A stretch of 64,000 nt of DNA, from positions 288,001 through 352,000 of the forward strand of contig CAWJTV010000029.1 of the NCBI GenBank assembly GCA_963845755.1. The letters run 5' to 3'. The position numbers were made by a program, and so were the translations under genes. This DNA comes from an uncultured Planctomycetota bacterium (lineage in GTDB: Bacteria > Planctomycetota > Planctomycetia > Isosphaerales > Isosphaeraceae). Below are positions 12,115-22,868 of the stretch, piece by piece. The stretch's first letter is position 1. Each line of letters opens with the position of its first letter. The notes beneath the pieces were generated by a model. The model saw only the letters and a program-made list of their open reading frames with translations. It was not told where the DNA came from and ran no database searches.

Positions 12115-12999
12115 CTAGTGCTTTTGCGTTCCCTCTCGGATCGCCAATCGCCGGCGGATCCGATCCATGCCCACGAGCAATGCAAACGAGATCCCCGCCA
12201 GCAGCAGGCTGGCGGCGTACGCCCCTTCCGGTCGGAAACTTTCGATCCCGTCGTGGATGTAGAGCGTGGCTGTCTGGGTGTGGCCGATGAGGTTGCCCGA
12301 GACGACGAGCAGGGCCCCGAACTCGCCGAGCGATCGGGCGATCGTCAGCGTCACGCCGTAGCAGAGACCCCAGCGGATCAGGGGCAGCGTCACGCGCCAG
12401 AACGTCTGCATGCGGCCTGCCCCCAACGTGTAGGCCGCTTCCACCTGATCGGTGCCGAACTCGCGGAGCACGGGGACGACTTCGCGGACCACGAACGGGA
12501 GGGTCACGAACATCGTGGCCAGGACCATGCCCGGCACCGCATAGACCACCCGGTAGCCCGCGGCTTCGATCCCGCGCCCCAGCCATCCCTCCGGCCCGTA
12601 GAGGATGACCAGCATCAGGCCGGCGATCACCGGCGAGACGGCGAAGGGCAGATCCACCAGGCCATCGGCCAGCGATCGGCCCCAGAAGCGTTGCCTGACC
12701 AGGACCAGGGCGAAGGCCACGCCGAAGATCGTGTTGATCGCGGTCGCCACGGCCGTGATCCCCAGCGACAAGCCGAAGGCACGCTGGAACTCCGGCGCGG
12801 CCAGCGCCTGGGCGAACGGCCGCCAGCCTCCCGCCAGCACCTGGCGGGCCAGCGCACCCGCCGGCACCAGGATCAACAGGGCGAACCAGCCCAGGACGAC
12901 GATATTCAGCAACCAGCGGCCCAGCGGGAGACTCCGAGGGCGCGCGGGCGTTGCCGGCTCGATCGGGCGAGCGATGGGACGGAGGACCTCAGTGGCCAT
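12115..12999 (-). CDS. cysW: Sulfate ABC transporter permease
   Basis: DLPFAVSPVIAGL, EAAYTLGA, ARSLGEFGA. Confidence 0.93.
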   Translation of the reverse strand: MATEVLRPIARPIEPATPARPRSLPLGRWLLNIVVLGWFALLILVPAGALARQVLAGGWRPFAQALAAPEFQRAFGLSLGITAVATAINTIFGVAFALVLVRQRFWGRSLADGLVDLPFAVSPVIAGLMLVILYGPEGWLGRGIEAAGYRVVYAVPGMVLATMFVTLPFVVREVVPVLREFGTDQVEAAYTLGAGRMQTFWRVTLPLIRWGLCYGVTLTIARSLGEFGALLVVSGNLIGHTQTATLYIHDGIESFRPEGAYAASLLLAGISFALLVGMDRIRRRLAIREGTQKH

Positions 13000-13819
13000 C
13001 GAACCCTCCTTGCCGGCGCTGGAGAAGGTTCAGGGCGATCAAGATCGCCAGCGAAGAGGCCAGCAGGACGACCGAGACGACCATCGCCCCGTGGCGATTG
13101 CCCCCCTCGATCTCGCCGAAGATGTACAGCGGGGCTGTCGCCGTCTCCATGGGCCGGTTACCGGCGACCAGCACGACGCTGCCGAACTCGCCGAGGGCGC
13201 GGCTGAACGCCAGCGCCGAGCCGGTCAGGACCGCGGGCCGGAGGGCCGGCAACGTCACACGAAGAAAGGTCCTCCACGGTCCGGCGCCGAGCGTCGAGGC
13301 GGCTTCCTCCTCGGCCCGGTCCAGTTCCAGGAGCACCGGCTGAACGCTGCGGATGACGAACGGATACGTGACCAGCAGCAGCGCCAGGATAATGCCCGGC
13401 TGGTGGTAGACGACGCCCCAGCCGAACTTGCCCAGGATGGTCCCGGCCACGCTCGCCGGACCATATAAGGCGACCAGCATCACGCCGGTGACGATGGTCG
13501 GCACGGCGAACGGCAGGTCGATCAGGGCGTTGACCAGCCCCTTGCCGGGGAAGTCGTGACGCACCAGGACCCAGGCCGTAGCGGTTCCGAGGACGACATC
13601 GACGACCACCATGATCAGGGCCGTGGTGAACGTGAGCTTCAGGGCATGCCAGGCGAAGGGGTCACTCAGGGCCGACCAGAAGGCGGCGAGTCCCGGTCGC
13701 GCGGCGTCGAGGCCGATCGCCAGCATCGGCAGCACGACCATCACGCCGAGGTAGGACAAGGTGGCCCCGCGAAGCAGCAGGTCCGCGGGAGCCGTGGCGA
13801 TCGCGGTTCGGGACATCAT
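12989..13819 (-). CDS. cysT: Sulfate ABC transporter permease
   Basis: DLPFAVPT, EEAASTLGA, RALGEFGSVV. Confidence 0.93.
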   Translation of the reverse strand: MMSRTAIATAPADLLLRGATLSYLGVMVVLPMLAIGLDAARPGLAAFWSALSDPFAWHALKLTFTTALIMVVVDVVLGTATAWVLVRHDFPGKGLVNALIDLPFAVPTIVTGVMLVALYGPASVAGTILGKFGWGVVYHQPGIILALLLVTYPFVIRSVQPVLLELDRAEEEAASTLGAGPWRTFLRVTLPALRPAVLTGSALAFSRALGEFGSVVLVAGNRPMETATAPLYIFGEIEGGNRHGAMVVSVVLLASSLAILIALNLLQRRQGGFDGH

Positions 13820-13820
13820 C

Positions 13821-14873
13821 TCACCTCCCTTTCGCCTGCGAGGTGAAGATCGATGTCCAGGTCCCCGCGGGTCCGTAGACCTCGTCCTGCAATGCGCCCC
13901 AGCCGCCGAGATCGGCCATGGTGAACAGGCTCGATGGCATCGGCGGCTTATCGGAAGTCTCGACAGCGGCCGGATCGGGTTTGACAGGGCGGAAGCCGTA
14001 ATCGGCCAGGATCCCCTGCCCCTCGGGCGAACGCAGAAATGCCAGGAATGACGCGGCCAACTCCCGGTTACCGTGCTTCGCGAGGGAGGTCTCGACGACG
14101 GCCGCCGGGCTCTCGATCACGAGGGTTGCGGGCGGGATCACGTAGGGGATCTCCTGGCCCGCCTTGCGCCGCAGGAGCAGCTCGTTCTCGTAGGTGACGA
14201 GCGCGTCGCCCGTACCACGTTCGAAGTTGGCCACGCTCTGGCGGCCGGAGGGGTCCATATTGACGACGTTGGCCTGGATCCGAGACATCAGGTCACGGAC
14301 GGCGGCACGATCGGGTTTCCCGTCGTGGGCGCGCTTCGATTCCAGCAAGGCGGCGCCGTAGATCGCGTTGATGTTCCAGCGGGCTCCGCCGGAGGTCTTC
14401 GGGTCGGGGTAGAGGACGCCCACCCCCGGACGGGCCAGGTCGGCCCAGTCCTTGATGCCTTTCGGATTACCGGGCCTGTGGCCGATGACGACGAGGCTGT
14501 GGCTGATGATGCCCTTGTCGGGGCCGTCATCCCAGTCGGCATTGACTCGCCCGGCCTTCACGAGGAGCTCCATGTCGCCGGAATGGGAGAGCACCACAAC
14601 GTCGGCATCGAACCCCGTGGCGACCGAACGGGCCTGGGCTCCCGAGGCGTTGTACGATTCTTCGAACCGCACCTTGCGGCCGGTCTTGCGCTTCCACTCG
14701 GCTTCGAATGCGGGCAGGAGGCCATCATGGAACGCCTCCTTCACCACCGAATAGGCGCCGAGCTCCAATACGTCGGTATCGGGGTCGGCCGCTGGGGAAC
14801 ACCCGGCCGTGAGCCCGCACAGGGCCAGGGCCGCCGTCCCCAGGAAAATCCAGGCATTCCGCCGCATCACCAT
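13821..14873 (-). CDS. sbp: Sulfate/thiosulfate-binding lipoprotein
   Basis: Lipobox LTAGC, SGAQARSV, GNPKGIKDWADL, PDPKTSGGARWN, YENE. Confidence 0.93.
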   Translation of the reverse strand: MVMRRNAWIFLGTAALALCGLTAGCSPAADPDTDVLELGAYSVVKEAFHDGLLPAFEAEWKRKTGRKVRFEESYNASGAQARSVATGFDADVVVLSHSGDMELLVKAGRVNADWDDGPDKGIISHSLVVIGHRPGNPKGIKDWADLARPGVGVLYPDPKTSGGARWNINAIYGAALLESKRAHDGKPDRAAVRDLMSRIQANVVNMDPSGRQSVANFERGTGDALVTYENELLLRRKAGQEIPYVIPPATLVIESPAAVVETSLAKHGNRELAASFLAFLRSPEGQGILADYGFRPVKPDPAAVETSDKPPMPSSLFTMADLGGWGALQDEVYGPAGTWTSIFTSQAKGR

Positions 14874-14906
14874 CTCCTTCTGATCCGGGATCTCCGGGGA
14901 GGATGC

Positions 14907-15110
14907 TCAATCGCTCCCGGAGGCTTCCGCGCCGCCCGGATTGCCGTCGTCCGGGAGGAGTGAAGAGTCCGGTTTCACGTGGGGTAAGAGGGTCGGGTCG
15001 GTGTCCGGACGCATCGGCCGGGGTGCGCCGGTCTCGATCGACCTCGCCTGGAGCCGCGCGGCGAAGAATTCGGCGAGCAGTCGTCTGGTAAAGTCGCTGG
15101 ACGGATTCAT
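14907..15110 (-). CDS. Small hypothetical protein
   Basis: Co-oriented, fills the gap between lipoprotein gene and sbp; amphipathic FTRRLLAEFFAARL. Confidence 0.45.
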   Translation of the reverse strand: MNPSSDFTRRLLAEFFAARLQARSIETGAPRPMRPDTDPTLLPHVKPDSSLLPDDGNPGGAEASGSD

Positions 15111-15207
15111 GAACCGAGATCCTCGGGACAGGGACATGGGCGGCCGGGCATTCGACGCACGGCACCACCTTGGATTCCCACCGCTCGATGAAAGGGGCTC
15201 CGCGGCC

Positions 15208-15669
15208 TCACCTCAAACGAATCGGCTCGAGTTGATTGCTCTCGGCTCGCACGGTGACGACCAGGCCGGAGCTGTCCTCGTCGCCGTACTTGCCCGGAAA
15301 GGGCGGCTTCTTCCTGGATGTCGCGGCCGCCTGCTGCAACCGGGGTGACTCGACGCGGAGCTTGTAGTCCCCGGCCGGCGCGCCGTCTCCCGATCCACCC
15401 GTAACCAGGGAAAACGTCCCGTCCGAACTGATGACACCGCTGGGGGTCAAGGGCAGGTCGCCCTTCGGCACGAAGTAGATCCATCCCTCGCTCAACGGCT
15501 TACCATCGGCGAGCAGGACCTTGCCCTTGACCTCGTAGACGTGGAGGGACGGTAGCGAATCCGAGTTGTGACAGCCGCCCAGCCCCGCCAGCAGGGCCAC
15601 GACCGGGCCGGCCAGCCACCGAGAGCCGTAATGCCTCCGGTCCGCATGAACTATGGTCGATGCAGTCAT
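15208..15669 (-). CDS. Planctomycete lipoprotein (carboxypeptidase-regulatory-like fold), typical DUF1559 partner
   Basis: Lipobox LGGC; VKGKV...DGKPL, DGTFSL, GAPAGDYK, PGKY..SGL. Confidence 0.85.
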   Translation of the reverse strand: MTASTIVHADRRHYGSRWLAGPVVALLAGLGGCHNSDSLPSLHVYEVKGKVLLADGKPLSEGWIYFVPKGDLPLTPSGVISSDGTFSLVTGGSGDGAPAGDYKLRVESPRLQQAAATSRKKPPFPGKYGDEDSSGLVVTVRAESNQLEPIRLR

Positions 15670-15813
15670 TTCAGAATCTCCCCAGAGATAGATGAGCAAC
15701 CAATCAAACCGGTCGAGAGGGCTCACCAATCCTTGAGCCGAGCGGCCTCGGAGGCCGATCCGAAGTGACGGCCCGAAGTCCTCCGACCCCGGGCCGCGCG
15801 AGACGCGCCTCAC

Positions 15814-16893
15814 TCAGTACTGATCGGAAGAGATGGTCTCGTTGCCCGACAGGGTGAGGAGCGACCGGAACGCCACCAGGTTGATGCTGTCCTTGATGAA
15901 GTGGACGGAACCGTCGCCGAACAGGGCGTTGATGCCACCAGGGTGGAAGGAGTACGGCTCCTCATTCGGGCCCGCCTGGTTGCCGGCCGTCACGATGGTC
16001 GAGGGCCAGGCCACTCCCTCATTGGTCGGAATTCCCTTGTTGTTGGGCTGGCCCGACGTGCCGAACGCACAGCCCGGGTCGGCCCACCTCCAGTATCGGT
16101 GTCGTGCTGTTGGCCCACCCGCGGGCCCCTGTCCCCGAACGACGGGATACTGACCTTCGAAGTACTGGCTGACGAACCGCTCGTCGCGGCCGGCGCACTC
16201 GATAATCGCGATCGTGTTGCTCAACCCGTCGGTGTCCTCGCTGATGAGGGTCTTACCGTCCTTGAGTAGACCCTTGGCGGCCACATTCTTGTTACGGTAG
16301 GGAACGATCGTCGTCGCACCGAGGCCGCCGGTGACCAGAGTGCCACCGACCACATTGATATCGGTATACACCGACGGCGCGTAATCCATGTAGCCGTAAC
16401 CGGCTGTCTGGGTCTTCTCGAAGGGCGAGGCGTTGGGGTCATTCTGGGCGGTGTCACGTCCCGCGGGACGGGGGTCGGACGGGCAGATAAATACCGTCAT
16501 CACTGGCGAGGCACCCGTGAAGTTGCCGCCGCTGGCGTCGTTATACTCGTACGCGAAATTCAGCGCGTTGTACTGCGAACCCCCTTCGATGTAGCTAAGC
16601 ACCCGGGCCTGGACGCTGAAGCCGGTGTCGGGGAACATCACCGATGGGGGCGAGGTCGTCAGATTGATCGACTTGCAGGCTGGTGGGAACACGCCGTTGC
16701 TATTCTCATAGTTATGCAACGCCAGGCCCATCTGCTTGAGGTTATTGGTGCACTGCGCCCGCCGGGCCGCCTCGCGTGCCGACTGGACAGCCGGCAGCAA
16801 TAGCGCGATCAGGACCGCGATGATCGCGATCACCACCAGGAGCTCGATCAGCGTGAAGCCGGGTCTTTGCGGCCGAATCCTCGGGGAAACCAT
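15814..16893 (-). CDS. DUF1559 prepilin-like protein (N-methylation site, H-X9-DG motif)
   Basis: [50 protein letters not shown]. Confidence 0.95.
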   Translation of the reverse strand: MVSPRIRPQRPGFTLIELLVVIAIIAVLIALLLPAVQSAREAARRAQCTNNLKQMGLALHNYENSNGVFPPACKSINLTTSPPSVMFPDTGFSVQARVLSYIEGGSQYNALNFAYEYNDASGGNFTGASPVMTVFICPSDPRPAGRDTAQNDPNASPFEKTQTAGYGYMDYAPSVYTDINVVGGTLVTGGLGATTIVPYRNKNVAAKGLLKDGKTLISEDTDGLSNTIAIIECAGRDERFVSQYFEGQYPVVRGQGPAGGPTARHRYWRWADPGCAFGTSGQPNNKGIPTNEGVAWPSTIVTAGNQAGPNEEPYSFHPGGINALFGDGSVHFIKDSINLVAFRSLLTLSGNETISSDQY

Positions 16894-17157
16894 GCTCAAT
16901 CTCCTTTCAAATCTGTAAACGGTCATCAGAAAATGTGATCACTTTAGTAAAAGACAGCCCTCGGCAGCACCGGGCATGCGGACGATCGACTGGATCGTCA
17001 TCGCGCACCCCTCCCGTGCCGCATCGCCAGGCATGCGGTGATCCTCGGCTCTTCAACATCTCACGTTCCAGGGCGCGGAATGCTCCGAACCCCGACGTAT
17101 GGGGTCTGCTCCGGGACCGATGCGGGCGCCTCCGCCCGCCAACGACATCACCCCTAG

Positions 17158-17173
17158 TGCACGTGGCGTGCCA
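17158..17173 (-). promoter_or_regulatory. Sigma-54 (-24/-12) promoter for the DUF1559-lipoprotein-sbp-cysTWA unit
   Basis: Minus strand TGGCACGCCACGTGCA = GG-N10-GC, close to the TGGCACG-N4-TTGCW consensus. Confidence 0.8.
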
Positions 17174-17245
17174 CCGCGCGAATGCTGCGACAACGCAACA
17201 ATTCCCGCCCTCCGAGGCGGTCAAATCCCTGGCAACCCACCCTGG

Positions 17246-17304
17246 CCGTGATATTTCCCGGGTAAACCGTGATATGTGCTAGGACAAACCGTCATATTTG
17301 ACGG
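17246..17304. promoter_or_regulatory. Triple upstream activator site array
   Basis: CCGTGATATTTCCCGG (17246), CCGTGATATGTGCTAG (17267), CCGTCATATTTGACGG (17289, inverted-repeat arms). Confidence 0.8.
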
Positions 17305-17377
17305 TTACTGGATTCGCGACGTCGATTCTGCCCATGCGGCCTCGACGCATGGAAGAGGGAAGCGATCGTGGACAGTC

Positions 17378-17644
17378 TCACGATCGGAACGACTCGAGAC
17401 CGGCCCTGCTCCGCGGATGACACGCTTCCGAGACCACGATGCTCGAGAGGATCCCTGTGGCAGCGAGGATCACTATGCCGATCGTACCGACGACGAGCAC
17501 GATCATCAGGACGGGCAATATACAGAGGACGAAGGCGACTCGAAAGAGTCGATCCAACAGAAACGTAACCATCGATGGGGTTTCCGTCGATCGAGACGCC
17601 TTGACGGCTGCGTGCGATGGTATCGATTGCAGTTGGGAAATCAT
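17378..17644 (-). CDS. Small membrane protein
   Basis: Long hydrophobic stretch VAFVLCILPVLMIVLVVGTIGIVILAATGIL; co-oriented with neighbours. Confidence 0.65.
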   Translation of the reverse strand: MISQLQSIPSHAAVKASRSTETPSMVTFLLDRLFRVAFVLCILPVLMIVLVVGTIGIVILAATGILSSIVVSEACHPRSRAGLESFRS

Positions 17645-17720
17645 GGCCAGCTCCTTTACGTGTTTTAACAAGAACTGTAGTGGTTCAAGCTATCGCGTCC
17701 GGGGCCCATCCCACTCGCGC

Positions 17721-18206
17721 CTACATGGCCAGGGACGCCCGAGACTGAGCTTTCGATCGTCGTGGTTGCTGATCGGCTGGGACATTGGCTGCAGGTCCGC
17801 GATAGGACCCTCGACGGAGGTACGTGTCGAGGACACGACCGATTTGGTGCTCATGATGGGTGCGACTGATATACTCGGTCACGCCCATGCGATAGAGTCG
17901 CGTTGCCTGCTCGACGCGATACGATTCGGAGACGACCAGTACGGGGACGCGATGCGCCAGTACGGTCGTCGTCCAGAGGAGCCGATTCAACCCCTCGTAA
18001 CGGGCCCCGCGGCCCCAGTGAAGGACGATCAACCGCGGCGGATCGGCCTTTTCCAGCGAGAGACAGGCGTCCTCGATCGTGGCCGCCACGGCCATCCGGG
18101 ACGGCCCGGCCTCGCAATGCCCGAGGTGCCATTGGAGTAGCCGGAGTAGCTGATCGTCCGACGAGATCGTCAGGAGAGTAAGGTCGAGCATGCCTGTCGG
18201 CTCCAT
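17721..18206 (-). CDS. Atypical stand-alone receiver-like domain protein
   Basis: CheY-like pattern (LLTISSDD, LIVLHW, VPVLVVS, GVTEYI) lacking the phosphoacceptor Asp and conserved Lys. Confidence 0.65.
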   Translation of the reverse strand: MEPTGMLDLTLLTISSDDQLLRLLQWHLGHCEAGPSRMAVAATIEDACLSLEKADPPRLIVLHWGRGARYEGLNRLLWTTTVLAHRVPVLVVSESYRVEQATRLYRMGVTEYISRTHHEHQIGRVLDTYLRRGSYRGPAANVPADQQPRRSKAQSRASLAM

Positions 18207-18281
18207 GAGCATTTGCGGTCTGTCCTGCCATCGACATCTCGCGGGGCCATCCCATCGCGCGATTCCTCTATCTAGCACCTC

Positions 18282-19662
18282 TCATGCCAGGATCTCTTTG
18301 ACGACTCGCCCGGCCACGTCGGTCAGGCGGAAGTCCCGCCCGGCATAGGGGTAGGTCAACCGGCGATGGTCGAGGCCCACGAGGTCCAGAAGCGTGGCAT
18401 GAAGGTCGTTAGTGTGCATGCGTCCCTCAACGGCGCGGATGCCGTATTCGTCGGTCGCTCCGTATGAGAACCCTGGTTTGACGCCGGCACCGGCAAGCCA
18501 CATTGGGTAGCCGGTGATGTTGTGGTCGCGGCCGTTTTCGCCCTGGGCGGTCGGCTGGCGTCCGAACTCGCTGCCGAACAGGACCAGAGTCTCATCCAGC
18601 AACCCGCGCTGGTCGAGGTCGGCCAGGAGGGCAGCGGTCGGCTGATCGACGGACGCGCAGCGGTCGATCAATCCCTGGTGCAGGTTGGTGTGGTGATCCC
18701 AGCCAGGCTGGCAGATCTCGACGAACCGCACACCGGCCTCGCAGAGCCGTCGAGCCATGAGGCACTGGCGTGCAAAGGCTCCGGCCGGGCCGGGCTTCAC
18801 GCCGTAGGCGTCGAGCACGGGCTGGGGTTCTCGGGAAATGTCGAGCAGTTCGGGTACCTTCCCCTGCATGCGAAACGCCAGCTCGTACGATTGGATGATG
18901 CCGTCGACCTCGTCCGGCGCACTCGGGTTCGCCGCAAGGGTGCGGTTCATGGCCTGGATCAAGTCCAGTTGCCGGCGCTGCTGCCGGGTTGTGACCTGGG
19001 GTTTCAGGTTCGGGAAGTATCCCTGATCGTTGATGCGTGTGCCCTGGTACTGGGCGGGGAGGAAGCGCGCTGCCGTAGTTCACGGCCCCGCCAAAGTTGG
19101 GCGGCGGATTGATGGTGACGTACCCGGGCAAGTCCTGGTTCTCGGTGCCGAGCCCGTAGAGGAGCCAGGCCCCCATGCTCGGCCGGGTGAGAGCGGCGTT
19201 GGCGCTGCCGGTGTGCAACTGGACCACCGCCTGGGGGTGTGCCGGCGTATCGGTGTATAGTCCGCGGAGCCAGCAGAGCTTATCGGCGTGGGCCGCCATG
19301 TGCGGGAGCAACTCGGAGAACCAGGCCCCCGAATGGCCGTGCTGGCGGAACTTGAACTTCGAGGCGGTCAAGGTGCCGCCGCCCGGGCCGGGCTTGCCCC
19401 CGTCCTTCTGGAGCTGCGGCCGATACTCGAAGGTATCCACTTGCGAGATCGCCCCCTGCATGAACAGGAAGATGATCCGCGTCGCTTTCGGCTTGAAGTG
19501 CGGCCGCCTCGGTGCCAGAGGATGCGGCGCGCCTCCGCCGGAGGCTCGAGCGGCGGCCTGTCCGAGCAGGCCGGCGAACGCCAGGTAACCAAACCCCGCG
19601 CCCGCCAATTGGAGGACCTGGCGTCGCGAAAGCGGGGAAAAATGGAAATTTTTAACGAACAT
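18282..19662 (-). CDS. DUF1501 family Tat-exported protein (frameshift ~19065)
   Basis: SRRQVL Tat motif, IIFLFMQGAISQVDTF, RPSMGAW, CLMARRL, WDHH, EFGR, GRDHN. Confidence 0.92.
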
Positions 19663-19702
19663 ATCAGTACTCCTTAAATTAAAGGGGTCGGGTGATTGGG
19701 GG

Positions 19703-22312
19703 TCACTGGATGTAACGGAACTCGGCGGAGCCGAACAGCACTTGACCGAGGGCGAGCCAGGCCGCAGTGCGGGCATCGCGCGCCCGGATCACGGGCTCGA
19801 CGATTGGCTCATCGGTCTGGTCGATCTCGTCCGGGTTCTCGGGCTGTGGTTTCGGCTTCGCCGGCGTGGTTGGGTCGTCGGCGCTCGCGACTTGCGGTTC
19901 GAAGGAGGCCGCGGTGCCCAGCTCGGCCTGATCGGTCTCGTACTCCGCGAGGAAGGCACGGCTCCTCTCGATCTCGCCCTCCTTCGGTGAACGTCCCAGA
20001 ACCAGGCGGAACATCGCCCGAATCCGATCTTCGTCGGCGCCTTCCAGATCGAGGAGGCGCCTGGCCATCGCGAGCGATTGCCGACGTACGAATGGGGAGT
20101 TCAGGAGGTAGAGTGATTGGCCCGGGACCGTGGTAATCTGGCGTCGCCCCGTGACCAGCGTCTGCTCGACCGGGTCGAAGGCCTCCAACGGCCGGGGCGT
20201 GATCCCCCGCATCAACGGCAGATAGACACTGCGATGCGTGCTCGCATCTGCCTTCTCCAGGAGGGCGCGGGCCTCCGGACCGTTGTCGCGGACCTCGACC
20301 ATCTTCAGTTCCTGAACTGGTGAGCTGCCCTGTTGCTGGGGCGTCAGGCTGCCGGCCGAGGCGAGCATCGCGTCGCGGACCTCCTCGGCATCCAGGCGAC
20401 GAGGGCTGTGCCGCCAGATCAGTGCGTTCGCCGGATCGGCAACGAGGTGCTCCGGGACCGCCCGGGAGCCGAGCTGATACGACCGGCTGAGGACGATCGT
20501 ACGCACGAGCCGCTTGATCGACCGCCCGTCCTGGAGGAAGCGGGTTGCGAGGTGGTCGAGCAGCTCGGGGTTCGAGGGCGGGTCTCCCGTGGCGCCGAAG
20601 TTGTCCACGGTCGAGACGATCCCACGGCCAAACAGGTGATACCAGATGCGGTTGACGATCACCCTCGAGGTGAGAGGATTGCCGGCGCCTGTGAGCCAAC
20701 GGGCCAGTTCCAGGCGCCCGCTGTGCTTCGGATCGACCTTCGGGGCACCAGGGACCTCGAAGGCCGTCAGGAACCCGCGAGGGACCGCCGGCCCGAGCCG
20801 CTCCGCCTGACCGCGGATGCGGACCTCGGTATCGCCAACCTGCCCGGCATCCCGGACGCCGTGGACCGCATGGCCGCGAGCGGCCGGATCGGTGAAGGCG
20901 AGCAGCTCGCCATAGAGTCGGTCGTACTTGCGGCGATACTCCCGCTGCTTCGGAAGGCCGTTCGGCCCCTTGGCCAGACCTTCCCGGGTACCGCGGATCT
21001 CGTCCCAGGCTTTCTTCGCCTCGGCGACCTTGGCTGTCAGCTCCCGCACCTCCTTCTCGGGGGGCGGCGGCAGGTCTCCCGAGAGCTTCACAAGTAGCGA
21101 GGGATCGTAATATGCGAGCCCACCTCCGCCCATCTTGCTGCGTAGCCCCGCGCAGTTGTCGGTGCTGGTGAAGATCCCGGCCAGAGCGTAGTAGTCGGTG
21201 GTCGGGATCGGGTCGAACTTGTGGTCGTGGCAGCGGGCGCAGCTCACCGTCAGGGCGAGGATTGACCGGCTCACGGCGTCGATCTGATCGTCCACGTTGT
21301 CCATCAGGAACCGGACCTTGAACCGCTGGTTCACGTCCTTGACCCCGAGGGCAAGGAAACCCGTGGCGGTCAGCAGTCGGTCTCGCTCCGCGGTCGACGC
21401 GGCGGGAAGGAGATCGCCGGCAATCTGCTCGGTGACGAACCGATCGAACGGCACGTCGGCGTTCACCGCGTCGATGACATAGTCGCGGTACTTCCAGGCG
21501 TGCGGGTAGGGAATGTTCCGAGACGGGCCGGTGGACTCAGCGTATCGGGCCACGTCGAGCCAGTGCCGCCCCCAGCGCTCGCCGAAGTGCGGCGAGGCGA
21601 GCAGCCCATCAACAACCCGGCCGAAGGGATTCGGGGAGGCATCTTCCAGAAATCTATCGATCTCATCCGGGGTCGGCGGCAGGCCGATCAGGTCGAACGT
21701 GACCCGGCGAAGGACGGTGATCTTGTCGGCGTCCTCGACCGGCTTCAGTCCCGCCTCCTCGAGCCCGGCCAGGACGAAACGATCGAGTTCATCCCTCGGC
21801 CACGACGTTTCACGCACGGCCGGCAACTCGGGATTGGTGAGCGGTTGCCAGGCCCAGTGCTCCTTCCGGAGCGGCTCATACCAATCTTTCGGCCGACCCA
21901 GCGACGTGGGAACCTTCACCGACGGCCATTGAGCTCCCTCGCGGACCCATCGAGTCAGGGCGGCGATCTGCTCCTTGTTCAGCGGTTGGCCTTCCTTGGG
22001 CATCCGCCGTTTCGGGTTCGCGTGGGTCACCCTCCGGAGCAACAAGCTAGACTCCGGGTCCCCAGGCACCACGGCTGCTCCGTTGTCCCCGCCGACGAGC
22101 AGCCCGTTGCGATCGTCCACCCGGAGTCCACCCGCCGGTTTGGTGTCGGCCGAGTGACACGCATAGCAGTGGTCCACCAGGATCGGCCGGACATTCTCCT
22201 CGAAGAACTCCACCGACGCATTGTCGCGTGGCGCCTGTCCCCAGGCCGCGGACGGCACCGCGGCGAGGATCGCGAACCCGAGTGAGCCAATGAATCGAGA
22301 TCGATAAACCAT
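19703..22312 (-). CDS. Planctomycete cytochrome c / DUF1549 / DUF1553 (PSD1) protein
   Basis: CYACH, HWAWQP, GERWGRHWLDVARYA, CARCHDHKFDP, NRIW, PELLDHLA. Confidence 0.95.
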   Translation of the reverse strand: MVYRSRFIGSLGFAILAAVPSAAWGQAPRDNASVEFFEENVRPILVDHCYACHSADTKPAGGLRVDDRNGLLVGGDNGAAVVPGDPESSLLLRRVTHANPKRRMPKEGQPLNKEQIAALTRWVREGAQWPSVKVPTSLGRPKDWYEPLRKEHWAWQPLTNPELPAVRETSWPRDELDRFVLAGLEEAGLKPVEDADKITVLRRVTFDLIGLPPTPDEIDRFLEDASPNPFGRVVDGLLASPHFGERWGRHWLDVARYAESTGPSRNIPYPHAWKYRDYVIDAVNADVPFDRFVTEQIAGDLLPAASTAERDRLLTATGFLALGVKDVNQRFKVRFLMDNVDDQIDAVSRSILALTVSCARCHDHKFDPIPTTDYYALAGIFTSTDNCAGLRSKMGGGGLAYYDPSLLVKLSGDLPPPPEKEVRELTAKVAEAKKAWDEIRGTREGLAKGPNGLPKQREYRRKYDRLYGELLAFTDPAARGHAVHGVRDAGQVGDTEVRIRGQAERLGPAVPRGFLTAFEVPGAPKVDPKHSGRLELARWLTGAGNPLTSRVIVNRIWYHLFGRGIVSTVDNFGATGDPPSNPELLDHLATRFLQDGRSIKRLVRTIVLSRSYQLGSRAVPEHLVADPANALIWRHSPRRLDAEEVRDAMLASAGSLTPQQQGSSPVQELKMVEVRDNGPEARALLEKADASTHRSVYLPLMRGITPRPLEAFDPVEQTLVTGRRQITTVPGQSLYLLNSPFVRRQSLAMARRLLDLEGADEDRIRAMFRLVLGRSPKEGEIERSRAFLAEYETDQAELGTAASFEPQVASADDPTTPAKPKPQPENPDEIDQTDEPIVEPVIRARDARTAAWLALGQVLFGSAEFRYIQ

Positions 22313-22368
22313 GAAAATGTCCGCCTTGCTTTGGGTATGGTGTGGGTCGGTGTTCCGCCGGCCGGGCG

Positions 22369-22868
22369 TCAGTAGGAGTCCGCGGAGACCACCTCGCCCT
22401 GCCTGACCGAGCCGAGCGCCCAGACGGTTGGACCGCTGGTGCTATCCTTGAGGAACCGGACGGATCCGTCGAGGATCAGGACATGTTGATCACGTCCCCG
22501 CCCCCAGCCGCGTCATTGAAGATGCCGACTTGGAAATTCAGGGCGTTGTAGAGCGACGCTTGCTCGAGGTAATTCAGCATGCGGGCGTGCACACTAGGGC
22601 CGTGATTATTATAAATAGTTGTCGAATTGATGTCCCCGTTCGGGAAATACGCCAGCGCCTCCGGCGGGAAGCAATCATTGACCTGGTGGTAGTTGTGCAG
22701 GCCCAGACCGATCTGCTTGAGGTTGTTGACACACTGGATCCGCCGCGCCGCCTCGCGTGCCGCCTGCACAGCCGGTAACAGCAGGGCGATCAAGACCGCG
22801 AGGATCGCGATCGCCACCAGTAGTTCGATCAGAGTGAACCCGAATCGCGTGCGCCGTCTTCGGGTCAT
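22369..22868 (-). pseudogene. DUF1559 gene with a large internal deletion
   Basis: N-terminal half ends ...GDVINMS*; the adjacent frame immediately gives the family C-terminus [37 protein letters not shown]; the central region and the His of H-X9-DG are missing. Confidence 0.85.
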
